Both the position numbers and the translations under genes were made by a program. This document shows positions 44,201 to 51,672 of a DNA stretch of 56,305 bases, one piece after another (the first letter of the stretch is position 1; each line of letters opens with the position of its first letter). Below the pieces are notes generated by a model. That model was not told the origin of the DNA, searched no databases, and saw only the letters and a program-made list of their open reading frames with translations. This DNA is from a virus. Lineage: Duplodnaviria > Caudoviricetes. The stretch is taken from the IMG/VR virus record IMGVR_UViG_3300028326_000005, positions 1 through 56,305 of that record; one strand, written 5' to 3'.

Positions 44201-44422
44201 GCGGCAAAAATCAACATGGACGGGGGGAGACAGACAGGGACTGGCGACAACCGGGACGTGGTGAACGCGATCGGCACCCTTACCGCACGGTTTGATAACC
44301 TGAGCGATGCAGTGGCAAATATGAAACTGGTGCTGGATACAGGCACCCTGGTAGGACAAATGGGCGCAAAGATGGATAAACAACTGGGTGTACTGGCCGG
44401 AAGACGGGATCGGGGAAATTGA
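38231..44422 (+). CDS. Tape measure protein
   Basis: About 2060 aa, Ala/Gly-rich helical; RVVEMQFDN start, HSPSKV near the C-terminus; GTG 38231 overlaps the previous stop. Confidence 0.92.
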   Translation: MSSVDTRVVEMQFDNQQFEKGVQTSVKSLDDLKKGLDLEKSAKGLSALESAGRSFSLAGVANSVSTIEGRFTSLGIVGVTALTNITNSAINAGKQMLKSLTIDPVSSGFSKYEKETTSVQAIMNATGEGVDTVEGKIEKLGWFTDETSYDYSTMVDTLGKFVAAGSGLDESITAMEGIATAGALAGVSIDKTSIAYYNLAQAMAAGKVSALDWRSIEQAGMATKKFKQDAIDAAVASGTVIDLGDGNYISSSDKATANKTKNKSKRNDQIKKKSFTADSMGDHLESGWFDKNVLMTTLNKYGEYADAVYKVVQEQNVTTQEAMDIVDKNTELWDDPFKAAQEAKTFTDAVNSVKDAVSTGWKDTFKAVFGNYEEAKVLWTDLAGYLLDIFAESGNERNKMLKEWKELGGRNDLTDAFYNIMDSLENIIATVKGAISEIFPPMTANVLKSMTAGIDAFTVKIKAFTENTDKMDKVKSIFKGIAAIVDNVRMAISWLWDGFKKLIGIAAPAGGSILDLAAKVGDYLVAFHDAIKTSKTFQDILTTVGKVIVSVRGFVVRAGQVIGKVFGDLFEKLKNTGIFKKIGDGVNTFLGKIPQAIETLERWGKAVVDYVASTGILQKAWQKIKEFAGPAIQKIKEFAKWFGTALRAFFSADTSGITGFWEKLKARFMAMGTSFAGTWTTVKKKVTAVWESIKTFFAKLFGKNGDAEKELTNQNGVKVGLPIDTSNWFTILREKVGTVWSGIKAYLKNFFSKTVPDFFTKTVPNLMKSIPQVFGGLVEQLKTIDWGAVFNTAMTVLGGIAVLSLVKSISNIGKGFKSLSGLFDNFGKGAKAAQKGLGKFLGNFDKILKSFNTKTIVHKDSLGNNILKIATAIGILVAAIIVIGNTEDSKLQKGLTVLGILAVGMVALGVAFKKLGPEDSKGILQAAAALALLTRPVMILGNMKLDKLILGLGAVGLLLTFLVAFTQQAKGLGKSTGFVAMAVALNLLTIPIKILGSMDFDKLVLGLGAVGLLLTMLTMFTQQAKGLGKSTGFIAMAVALNLLIIPIKILGSMDFDKLVLGLGAVGLLLTFLVAFTQQAKGLGKSTGFIAMAVALNLLIIPIKILGSMDFDKLALGMGAIGVLLLGLSLFCKKTKTLGKSTGLIAMAVALNLLVIPIKTLGKMKPTDLAKGVGAISALLVIMGVFNKLSGTGNLQSASAQIVSMIGIAGVIVIFAESLTLIKGIPWQSIAAFSVGIVAVVGAMIASALLLKGIDPMSATKASAALAILSAGLGAAIEVLAGFVGNAAEGLSGNATTIVSNLQIYSNMADKVKYDAIGKSITAIENLADMMVTVGSKNIGKFDDFSSQLTSLGARLYLFNLGISGIAAGGADNAVAMVDDIDTIGSKMVEMQKKGYDLDAMGSAISTFGADMELYATSMNDANGLLKDDKGKKVASADDLTGMFTEMAKVDLPQETINRIAKYGENNGAGLQGFSEGLIQIGDAVQGYAVSIKDISLLDAIKSDIVLGMINNLQNNLPTVGNELFSWINGKQETLDDFATSLVTLGGGLTGLNDGLKNFDNDTAIVVTDTLGKLIDVQQKLKIQNSLTTFLGPKGDLGEFGNTLNVMGEGFRLYVGSLEAFAKNTATVNNATTALQKLSDVQNSLAKSGVGAQLNGGSQDLGTFGAQLKTLGDNFYLFSGAMAGVKLPTNMADIQTVIQSFADIAVQLKDVPNVGSGTYDLSSQIGWFGAHLKDFFSNDKGIGNVTVDNQKVFDIMTMVGNIADIAVKLNGITGGIDFDFLQSVLDGVNTLVIPSFVSAGGDTASVFVGGMANGIQNGTKTIATAAKNLATNGCGNARMAYPNWYTTGQYLAQGLGNGISSMAGRVRNAAVNVAAGAIRSIQMTWSVHSPSKVGNDLGMYFDLGIAGGLDGYSKVVTQSAADVGKNATESAKAMLGSFTANTIDGMDTAPTIRPVIDMSDVTNGVNTINGLFNANRSLNAGIFTGATFNRNAAKINMDGGRQTGTGDNRDVVNAIGTLTARFDNLSDAVANMKLVLDTGTLVGQMGAKMDKQLGVLAGRRDRGN
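41045..41704 (+). repeat. Four tandem 165-bp (55-aa) repeats in the tape measure gene
   Basis: Units start at 41045, 41210, 41375 and 41540; ILGSMDFDKLVLGLGAVG...AVALNLLIIPIK. Confidence 0.9.
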
Positions 44423-44447
44423 CAAGCCCCAAGGGGCACGGTATAAT
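44419..44447 (+). promoter_or_regulatory. Consensus sigmaA promoter overlapping the TMP stop codon
   Basis: TTGACA-17-TATAAT; spacer holds GCCCC-AA-GGGGC. Confidence 0.85.
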
Positions 44448-44486
44448 ACTGGAAGCGTGACCAAAAGACGGAAAGGCGGAACCGAA

Positions 44487-44909
44487 ATGAAAAAGGTTTT
44501 AGCGTTGGTACTTGCATTGACTTTATTTACTGTGCCCCTTTGCACTGCCGCGGCTACCGGAACGGACCTGAGCGGCATGACAAACGAGGAACTGACGGCA
44601 CTAAAGGAACAACTGGATGCTGAAATGATGAATCGCGGAATGGTGAAGACGGCGGTGTTGCCGATGGGAACATATACGATCGGCGTTGATATATCACAAG
44701 GAGATTACATGTTGATAAACGATGTCGATGGTGGCGCCACCTATTGTCAATATGCAAGTAACGAGGATCTCAAGAACGGAATAATAATGGATGCAGAGTG
44801 GTTAAAAAATGTAAATACTTCGGCGAGGGTTGTATTGACTGACGGACAAATATTACAGATTACCAATAATACTTTAAGAATAGAACCATTTGACATTCAG
44901 TGGCAATAA
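44487..44909 (+). CDS. Secreted moron protein
   Basis: Signal peptide MKKVLALVLALTLFTVPLCTAAA; DLSGMTNEEL...GTYTIGVDISQGDY. Confidence 0.78.
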   Translation: MKKVLALVLALTLFTVPLCTAAATGTDLSGMTNEELTALKEQLDAEMMNRGMVKTAVLPMGTYTIGVDISQGDYMLINDVDGGATYCQYASNEDLKNGIIMDAEWLKNVNTSARVVLTDGQILQITNNTLRIEPFDIQWQ

Positions 44910-44961
44910 CATCGTACATTGACCATGCAGGAATAAATTCAAAATGGAATGATTGCGTTGG

Positions 44962-44998
44962 AAAAGGCCCCCTGCTGAAATATGCAGGGGGTTTTTAT
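44962..44998. terminator. Bidirectional terminator
   Basis: AAAAGGCCCCCTGC-TGAAATAT-GCAGGGGGTTTTT between convergent genes. Confidence 0.8.
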
Positions 44999-45019
44999 AA
45001 ACTTTACTCAAGTATATCG

Positions 45020-45487
45020 TTAAGAGTGGCGATGGCATTGCCCACCATTTCGATACGTGTACCCCTCACAACCAGACAACCCCATAGTTGTCATCTCCTG
45101 TATTTTTCGTGGGGAAACTTGTTGATTATCGTGAAGCTTTACCAGACATCCATTTCCAGGCCATTCAAAAGCCGTAAAAACCGGTTGAGAATTGACAGAT
45201 TTGGTTGACGCGCACGAACTTGATATTGCGGAAGCTGTTACAGGCATGTTGGGTAGAGGCATTCGCTTGATGCCAAGAGTTGGAGAGGCCGATGTTTCTT
45301 TTACAAGCGAGCTAAGGATAAGACTCGCACCGGCTATCAGCAATACTTCAGATGACGTAATGGCTAAAGTATAGAGAACGGGATGCTCGTCTTTAAATTT
45401 GCGGATACTATGCTTTTTTTGAGAACAGAGATTCAACGAAAGAGATTGATCCCGATTTTGATTGCCATCTTGGTTGTTTTCCTGCAT
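45020..45487 (-). CDS. Membrane-anchored moron protein (only minus-strand phage gene seen)
   Basis: GGAGG RBS before ATG 45487; TM segment LLIAGASLILSSLV; own promoter and terminator. Confidence 0.6.
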   Translation of the reverse strand: MQENNQDGNQNRDQSLSLNLCSQKKHSIRKFKDEHPVLYTLAITSSEVLLIAGASLILSSLVKETSASPTLGIKRMPLPNMPVTASAISSSCASTKSVNSQPVFTAFEWPGNGCLVKLHDNQQVSPRKIQEMTTMGLSGCEGYTYRNGGQCHRHS

Positions 45488-45519
45488 TCCATTACCTCCC
45501 ATTTACCATTTTAGTGGAC

Positions 45520-45547
45520 ATGATACCACTCCATGACAAATTGTCAA
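45520..45547 (-). promoter_or_regulatory. sigmaA promoter for the minus-strand moron
   Basis: Minus strand TTGACA-16-TATCAT with extended TG; overlapping palindrome TGACAA-A-TTGTCA. Confidence 0.6.
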
Positions 45548-45714
45548 TACTTTGGTAAGTATTTAATGCAAAAAGTAAAACCTGTTAGAAAATAAGAGGG
45601 GGGGAATGAAGAAGAAAGTTCTGCTGCCGATTTGCCATGAAGATCATATTTGTCCAGCAAATATATTCCTCCTTTTTCCAAACAGTATACAGCGATGGTA
45701 TAAGAAATACAATA

Positions 45715-45740
45715 CGCGATATACGCAAACACTGTTATGG
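45715..45740 (+). promoter_or_regulatory. Phage promoter-like motif copy 8
   Basis: CGCG ATATACGCAAACACTGTT ATGG. Confidence 0.72.
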
Positions 45741-45767
45741 AAAACAATAATGTTTGGAGGGATTTTT

Positions 45768-46019
45768 ATGGAGACGGAGAATTTGAAGTTTTTAGATTCG
45801 CTTACATCGGAACAGGAGGCAACTGTAGAACAAGGGATTGAGAACTTTCTGGCTGACTTTCAGGACGGTTTTGAACTGGGTTTTAAACAGAGTTTAACAC
45901 GTAATCTGATTGTTGGCGGAGTAGCACTTGTTGTAGGGATTGTTGCTGTGCCGGTTGTCAAATGGACGACCAAAAAAATCAAGAACCGGAAACAGGAAAA
46001 GATAGACGAAACAGTATGA
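45768..46019 (+). CDS. Small single-TM protein (cassette 8)
   Basis: GGAGG RBS; LIVGGVALVVGIVAVPVV then basic tail. Confidence 0.7.
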   Translation: METENLKFLDSLTSEQEATVEQGIENFLADFQDGFELGFKQSLTRNLIVGGVALVVGIVAVPVVKWTTKKIKNRKQEKIDETV

Positions 46020-46028
46020 TTTTCCAGA

Positions 46029-46060
46029 GTGAAGAGCCTATACAAGGGCTCTTTACTTTT
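46029..46060 (+). terminator. Intrinsic terminator
   Basis: GTGAAGAGCC-TATACAAG-GGCTCTTTAC then TTTT. Confidence 0.78.
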
Positions 46061-46093
46061 GTACAAAAACAAGGAGGGGGGAGGGGGGATGAG

Positions 46094-46519
46094 ATGTACC
46101 ATTCGATTACCTTTGGAACCAAGAACACATGGGACGACTGGCATTTGATTCCCACGACAAGACCGGTAGTCAGTCCACCTGGCGTGAAAACAAATTACAT
46201 GGACGACCCAGCCGGTGACGGGGTCATCGACATGACAACTGCGCTGACCAGCAGACCGATGTACAAAAACAGAATTGGATCCTTTGAATTCTACGTGGAA
46301 AATGGATTTAAGGATTGGACCGTTTTGTACAGCGAAATCACAACCTATCTGCAGGGGCAGAAAATGCGGTTGATTTTGGAAGACGACCCTGATTATTACT
46401 ACGAGGGCCGGTATTCGGTTGGGGTATGGAAATCCGAGGCGGAACGTTCCGGCATCACGATCAATTACGAGGTGGGACCATATAAGAGGGAACTTGCCGG
46501 ATCTGCAGCCCTGTTATAA
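46094..46519 (+). CDS. Distal tail (Dit)-like protein, short paralogue
   Basis: MYHSITFGTKNTWDDWHLIPTTRPVV...YYYEGRY. Confidence 0.75.
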   Translation: MYHSITFGTKNTWDDWHLIPTTRPVVSPPGVKTNYMDDPAGDGVIDMTTALTSRPMYKNRIGSFEFYVENGFKDWTVLYSEITTYLQGQKMRLILEDDPDYYYEGRYSVGVWKSEAERSGITINYEVGPYKRELAGSAALL

Positions 46520-46553
46520 GAAGAACTTGAATTAACGAGGAGGAGGGAATGAG

Positions 46554-47258
46554 ATGTACCATTCGATTACCTTTGGGACTAAGAACACATGGAGCGACTG
46601 GCATTTGATTCCCACGACGAGACCAGTTGTAAATCCGCCGAACGTAAAAACCCGATATGTGGAAATACCCGGAAGTGACGGAGTTATTGACCTGACAACC
46701 GTATTATGCGGAAGGCCATTATATGAGAACCGAACCGGAACCTTTGAATTCTACGTGGAAAACGGATTTAAGGACTGGACCGTTTTATACAGCGAAATTG
46801 CAACCTATCTGCAGGGGCAGAAAATACGGATGGCTCTGGAAGACGACAGTACCTATTACTATGAGGGACGTTTTTCTGTGAATGACTGGAAATCCAACGC
46901 GCAACGGTCCAGCATTGTGATCGATTACACGATCGAACCCTATAAAAGAGAAGACACCGGATACTTTGGCAAATGGCTATGGGATACTTTAAATTTTGAA
47001 ACCGGGATTATCCGAGACTATCAAAATATCCGTATCAATGGAAGTACACTTGTCCGCGTGATCGGGTCCGCGATGCCGACCGGGATCATCATCACCGCAT
47101 CCAGTGCACTTATGACGGTGACCTTTCAGGGAAATACATATTCACTGCCAAAAGGTGCAGCAACGGTTAAAGAGATTACCATTACGGCCGGGATCAATAA
47201 TTTGCTATTCAATGGTAACGGAACCGTATCCATTGAATATACAGGGGGGCTTCTCTAG
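46554..47258 (+). CDS. Distal tail (Dit)-like protein, long paralogue
   Basis: MYHSITFGTKNTWSDWHLIPTTRPVV...WLWDTLNFETG plus C-terminal beta domain. Confidence 0.8.
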   Translation: MYHSITFGTKNTWSDWHLIPTTRPVVNPPNVKTRYVEIPGSDGVIDLTTVLCGRPLYENRTGTFEFYVENGFKDWTVLYSEIATYLQGQKIRMALEDDSTYYYEGRFSVNDWKSNAQRSSIVIDYTIEPYKREDTGYFGKWLWDTLNFETGIIRDYQNIRINGSTLVRVIGSAMPTGIIITASSALMTVTFQGNTYSLPKGAATVKEITITAGINNLLFNGNGTVSIEYTGGLL

Positions 47259-49363
47259 TGTTTTATATTTATGCAGACGGGGAGCCTTTGTACTACCCGG
47301 GAAACGATAAGCTGAAGGTTTTATCCCCAAAACTTACGCTAGAAATGGGAAAGGCCGGCGCGCTTGAATTTGATCTTCTGGCCTCCAACCCATTATACGC
47401 TCAAATACGTAAATTGAAGACAATCGTAACCGTAGAGATGGACGACACTGAAATTTTCCGAGGAAGGGTGCTATCCTACGACCGAGACTTTAATAATACA
47501 AAAAAAGTATATTGTGAAGGCGACCTCGCGTATCTGGTGGACAGTGTTATTAAAGGGGAAAAGTATGAAGGAACGACCCGAGGCCTTTTCCAAAGGATTT
47601 TAAACGCGCATAACGCCAGAGTAGAAACCGAAAAACGTTTTGCGCTCGGAACCGTAAACATTGAAGATCGTTCAGTTATTATACGAGGTCAATCCGAGAG
47701 CATTCAAGATTTGGAAACTGGAAGGTTCGATTACCGGCAAATAGCGCTCAATTCCATCGTAAATGAATGGAAGACGGCATACGACTACATTTCCGAATGC
47801 CTGATTGATTACTGTGGCGGATATTTGCGTACGCGAAGAGTCAGTGACGTTACTTACCTTGATTACGTAACAAGTTATGGCCGAACCGCATCACAAAATA
47901 TTCATTTTGGCGAAAACATACTGGATCTGAGCGAAGAAGTATCTGCCGAAGAGTTATTTACAGTTTTAATTCCGCTTGGCGACGACAACCTGACTATAGC
48001 CAGTGTGAACAACAGAAGCGATGAACTTGTGGACGCAGAGGCAGTGGCACAATACGGCCGTATTATTCGTACCCACGTATTTGATAGTGTGACTGCGCCA
48101 AGTACATTGCTGGAAAACGGAAGACGATTTCTATCCAGCAATGGAAACATTCCAAACGTTATAACAATTAACGGGATTGACTTACATCTGGTTAACCCGG
48201 ACATTGAAGAGATCTACGTTGGAGATGTTGTGAATGTGGTGTCTGCTCCCCACAGCATATCCGGAAACCTTACCTGTTCAAAAATCGAGTATGACCTTGT
48301 GCAGCATGAGAACACCGTGTACACCTTTGGGATGCCAAGGCAAACGCTGACAGAACGATACCGGAAAGATATTAAGAACGCGGAAGACAGCGGAACGAAC
48401 GCTGGCAGTTCCGGAGGGGGAGGAAGCGGCGGAGCAGCATCGGATGAAACGGACGATAAACTGGAGCATGCTTACGCCGAATGGGTCAATTGGGATCCGG
48501 CCAACCCGGACGGGCACGTATCCCTTGGAACACTCTGGCAGCAGTTAAAAGACGCAAAAATCGGATTAAAATCGGTTACCGGAATCGATTTGGATTCTTA
48601 TGAAGATTACACCAGTTTTAATATTTTCAGTCGATTCGGAAATATCGAGGCGGTTGGGAAAGATCTGTACAAGGTGATCGACGGCCATGAAGCAACTATC
48701 AAATCTCTGACTACTGCAACGGAATCAAAACTTACGCTTTCCACGGCAGAATACAAGAAAGAAGTAGTCGATAAGATCGCAAGCATCGAGTTATCGGAAA
48801 ACGCAAATGGAACGGCAATTGCGATGAAAGCCGATAAAACGAGCGTAGATACGTTGGAATTCAACATCAATCAGACCATTGATGGGATAGAGACCAGCAT
48901 CGCAAGCTTTACCAGCAAAATCACGACGATTAACTCCGACATTACGAAGGTACGCGATCTGATCGCTGACCAGATCAGTGCTATTAAGGCTAATGTCGAT
49001 TGGCTAAATGGTAAAACTATTAATGCCTCAGAACTTCATGGAACTTCGGTAATCGGAAATTATATATATGCTTCATCAGGAATGTATGTCAATAATAACC
49101 CTGTTGCAACGCAATCCTGGGTTAATACGCAGGGGTTTTTAAAAGACAATGACGTTTCTTGGGGAACTGTAAATAACGGATTTGTTTACTTGAACGTGGA
49201 CGGAACCTGGAAGTACATGGCCATGGCCAACCATACGCATTCTCAGTATCTGACTGCATTGCCCAGTCATCGACATTCATTCTACGGATATACGACCATA
49301 CAATTGGCAAGTTCAGGCACACGAAAAATCGTTATTCAAGGAAATACTGGATACGCGAGTTGA
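47258..49363 (+). CDS. Tail-associated (Tal/baseplate hub) protein
   Basis: LEMGKAGALEF, FRGRVL, CEGDLAYL, IHFGENILD, TVLIPLG, C-terminal coiled coil. Confidence 0.82.
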   Translation: MFYIYADGEPLYYPGNDKLKVLSPKLTLEMGKAGALEFDLLASNPLYAQIRKLKTIVTVEMDDTEIFRGRVLSYDRDFNNTKKVYCEGDLAYLVDSVIKGEKYEGTTRGLFQRILNAHNARVETEKRFALGTVNIEDRSVIIRGQSESIQDLETGRFDYRQIALNSIVNEWKTAYDYISECLIDYCGGYLRTRRVSDVTYLDYVTSYGRTASQNIHFGENILDLSEEVSAEELFTVLIPLGDDNLTIASVNNRSDELVDAEAVAQYGRIIRTHVFDSVTAPSTLLENGRRFLSSNGNIPNVITINGIDLHLVNPDIEEIYVGDVVNVVSAPHSISGNLTCSKIEYDLVQHENTVYTFGMPRQTLTERYRKDIKNAEDSGTNAGSSGGGGSGGAASDETDDKLEHAYAEWVNWDPANPDGHVSLGTLWQQLKDAKIGLKSVTGIDLDSYEDYTSFNIFSRFGNIEAVGKDLYKVIDGHEATIKSLTTATESKLTLSTAEYKKEVVDKIASIELSENANGTAIAMKADKTSVDTLEFNINQTIDGIETSIASFTSKITTINSDITKVRDLIADQISAIKANVDWLNGKTINASELHGTSVIGNYIYASSGMYVNNNPVATQSWVNTQGFLKDNDVSWGTVNNGFVYLNVDGTWKYMAMANHTHSQYLTALPSHRHSFYGYTTIQLASSGTRKIVIQGNTGYAS

Positions 49364-49388
49364 TAATTCTTGGAAAGGAGTTTGTAGT

Positions 49389-49646
49389 ATGAAGACATTA
49401 ACGGAATTAGGGGAAGCCATTATACAGGTTCGCGAAGCGATTAACCAACTGGAGGTGAAAGGGGTTAACAATGCAGGAATCGTTTTATTCTGTAACAAGA
49501 AATGCGACGAACTGGTAAAAGATATTAACGAAGCCGTTAAAACGGCTCCTCCGGGCAATATCGAACTGCACATCACGGAACAGCCACCTGAGGAAAATCA
49601 AACTGGAGAGCCGAACCCCGCAACAACCGGGAACCGAGGTAGTTGA
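49389..49646 (+). CDS. Small tail-region protein
   Basis: AAAGGAG RBS; helical. Confidence 0.6.
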   Translation: MKTLTELGEAIIQVREAINQLEVKGVNNAGIVLFCNKKCDELVKDINEAVKTAPPGNIELHITEQPPEENQTGEPNPATTGNRGS

Positions 49647-51100
49647 CCATGATGACCATTGCCCAGATACTTGACGCATTACGGAATGCGATCTATGGGG
49701 AAGAAGTCCGTACCGCCATCGTGGATGGCATCAGCCAATGTTATTCGGATGTGTCCGCTTCTAAAGCGTTAGCCGATACAGCCGCCGCCAATGCAGACAC
49801 AAAGGCGGCTTTAGCCGACACCGCCGCCGCCAACGCCAACGCAAAAGCCACACTGGCCAACGATAAGGCGACTTTAGCGGATACTGCTGCCACCAACGCA
49901 AATACAGCCGCCACAAACGCCAACACAAAAGCCACGCTGGCCAACGACAAAGCGACATTAGCGGATACTGCTGTTGCCGCCGCAAATACAGCCGCTGCCA
50001 ACGCCAACACCAAAGCGACGCTGGCCAACGATAAAGCGGCACTGGCCGATACCGCCGCCGCCAACGCCAACACCAAGGCGACACTGGCAAACGACAAGGC
50101 GACGTTGGCTGATGCGGCTGCTACTGCCGCGAACACTGCCGCAACGTTAGCAAATGACAAAGCAGCGTTAGCCGATACCGCCGCTGCGAATGCCACCGCA
50201 AAAGCGACGTTAGCCGATACTGCCGCCGCCAACGCCAATGACAAGGTGCAGGGTTGTACGGCTGCCGCGCAGGACGCGACTAACGCCGCTTCGGCCGCCG
50301 AACATGCGGCGCAAAAAGCAGATGATATTACAACCAGCCTTGAAGATATGACGATTACCTCCGAGTCTGGAGGACCCTATGCGGATGCATCGGCTCTTTT
50401 AACAACGGTGGACGGGCATAAGAACATTCACTTTGTGTTAAAACAGGGGGAACAGGGCGACCCGTTCAAGGTTATTGGCATGGCATATCCGACGCTTGAA
50501 GTTTTGCAAGCCACGATTACGATGCCTCTTGTTGGGGATCAGTATAATGTAGGACAAATTCCACCGTATACTATATATCGTTGGACTGGAACTACAAAAG
50601 GATGGGAAAGTCAGGGTGTGGTGCAAGGACCGCAGGGCATCCAGGGCGAACGGGGCATTCAGGGTCTTCCTGGTGAAAACGGCGACACCGGACCGAATGC
50701 CGTTACTGAAGCGACGACAACAAATATTGATGGCCTTTTAAAAGGAAATGGCACTGTTTTACGGGCAGTTCCAGGAGTCGACTATCCTAAAATGGTAAAG
50801 ATATGGGAAGGCACTTGGAGTTCCGGAGCAATCACCGTTGCTAACATTAACAACTATGCCTTATTTATTGTACATATTGGTGCTGTGTTTATGCTAGTAT
50901 CTCGTATTGGCACTTATTTCAGAGGTGGCACGCTATACAATAGCAACAATACGGCTATCTCTTATTTTTTAAGTGCGACAATCAGCGGAACGACTTTGAC
51001 ACTTGAGAATTGCAGTTCTATATCGCACATGTCTAATGGAAATCACGGATATAATGCTGGACAATCAGTGTCGGAGATATTTGGTTTTCTCCAATATTGA
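49643..51100 (+). CDS. Tail fibre/receptor-binding protein
   Basis: AIYGEEVRTAIVD head, Ala-rich heptads, collagen GPQGIQGERGIQGLPG, C-terminal beta domain. Confidence 0.75.
   Translation: MTMMTIAQILDALRNAIYGEEVRTAIVDGISQCYSDVSASKALADTAAANADTKAALADTAAANANAKATLANDKATLADTAATNANTAATNANTKATLANDKATLADTAVAAANTAAANANTKATLANDKAALADTAAANANTKATLANDKATLADAAATAANTAATLANDKAALADTAAANATAKATLADTAAANANDKVQGCTAAAQDATNAASAAEHAAQKADDITTSLEDMTITSESGGPYADASALLTTVDGHKNIHFVLKQGEQGDPFKVIGMAYPTLEVLQATITMPLVGDQYNVGQIPPYTIYRWTGTTKGWESQGVVQGPQGIQGERGIQGLPGENGDTGPNAVTEATTTNIDGLLKGNGTVLRAVPGVDYPKMVKIWEGTWSSGAITVANINNYALFIVHIGAVFMLVSRIGTYFRGGTLYNSNNTAISYFLSATISGTTLTLENCSSISHMSNGNHGYNAGQSVSEIFGFLQY
49770..50243 (+). repeat. 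Heptad-based repeats (ADTAAAN / ANTKATL / ANDKATL)
   Basis: Degenerate 21-bp units read from the translation and DNA. Confidence 0.8.
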
Positions 51101-51126
51101 TGGTGCTTTATAAGTATTAGAAAGGA

Positions 51127-51387
51127 ATGCCTATGAACAATATGCATGTGAGTATCGACAATGTTGGAAGAATCACGGCAACCAGCAAAGATTATCCGTT
51201 CGGAGAAAAGGACGCGACGTTCGATTTTCCGGACGGATTTGATTTTTTGACGCAGAGTGAGTACCGGATCGCAGACGGGGAACTGGTTCACGATCCGCTA
51301 CCGGTTCCGGTATCGCTGCCATCCGTCGAAGAGGTGAATGCAGCCAATATCAATTATTTGAGCATGATGCTTGGGGTGACTTTATGA
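51127..51387 (+). CDS. Tail-fibre-associated small protein
   Basis: EYRIADGELVHDP...INYLSMMLGVTL; precedes XkdX-like gene. Confidence 0.65.
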   Translation: MPMNNMHVSIDNVGRITATSKDYPFGEKDATFDFPDGFDFLTQSEYRIADGELVHDPLPVPVSLPSVEEVNAANINYLSMMLGVTL

Positions 51388-51518
51388 GCGAGCATTTTGA
51401 ACTGGTAAAAGACTACTACAATCGGGGGCTATGGGATATTTCCCGTGTTCGGAATGCCGTCGGCAAGTGGATTACCGAGACTGAGTTTCTTGCAATTACC
51501 GGAGTCGAGTACACGTAA
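51384..51518 (+). CDS. XkdX-family protein (44 aa), absent from the ORF track
   Basis: MSEHFELVKDYYNRGLWDISRVRNAVGKWITETEFLAITGVEYT; ATGA coupling. Confidence 0.8.
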   Translation: MSEHFELVKDYYNRGLWDISRVRNAVGKWITETEFLAITGVEYT

Positions 51519-51537
51519 TGTCTGGAGATGACCGATC

Positions 51538-51672
51538 ATGAACCTGATGATTTGGGGGCTCGTGTTGTGCAGACTGTCGATCTTCGCTGGTTTACGGCTT
51601 GGAAGAATGGCTGCCAATGCGGATAAACAGACAGATAGACAGTATGAAAAATTCAAAATGGGTGGCGATTGA
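51538..51672 (+). CDS. 44-aa membrane peptide before the endolysin
   Basis: MNLMIWGLVLCRLSIFAGLRLG...; stop abuts the endolysin start. Confidence 0.4.
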   Translation: MNLMIWGLVLCRLSIFAGLRLGRMAANADKQTDRQYEKFKMGGD

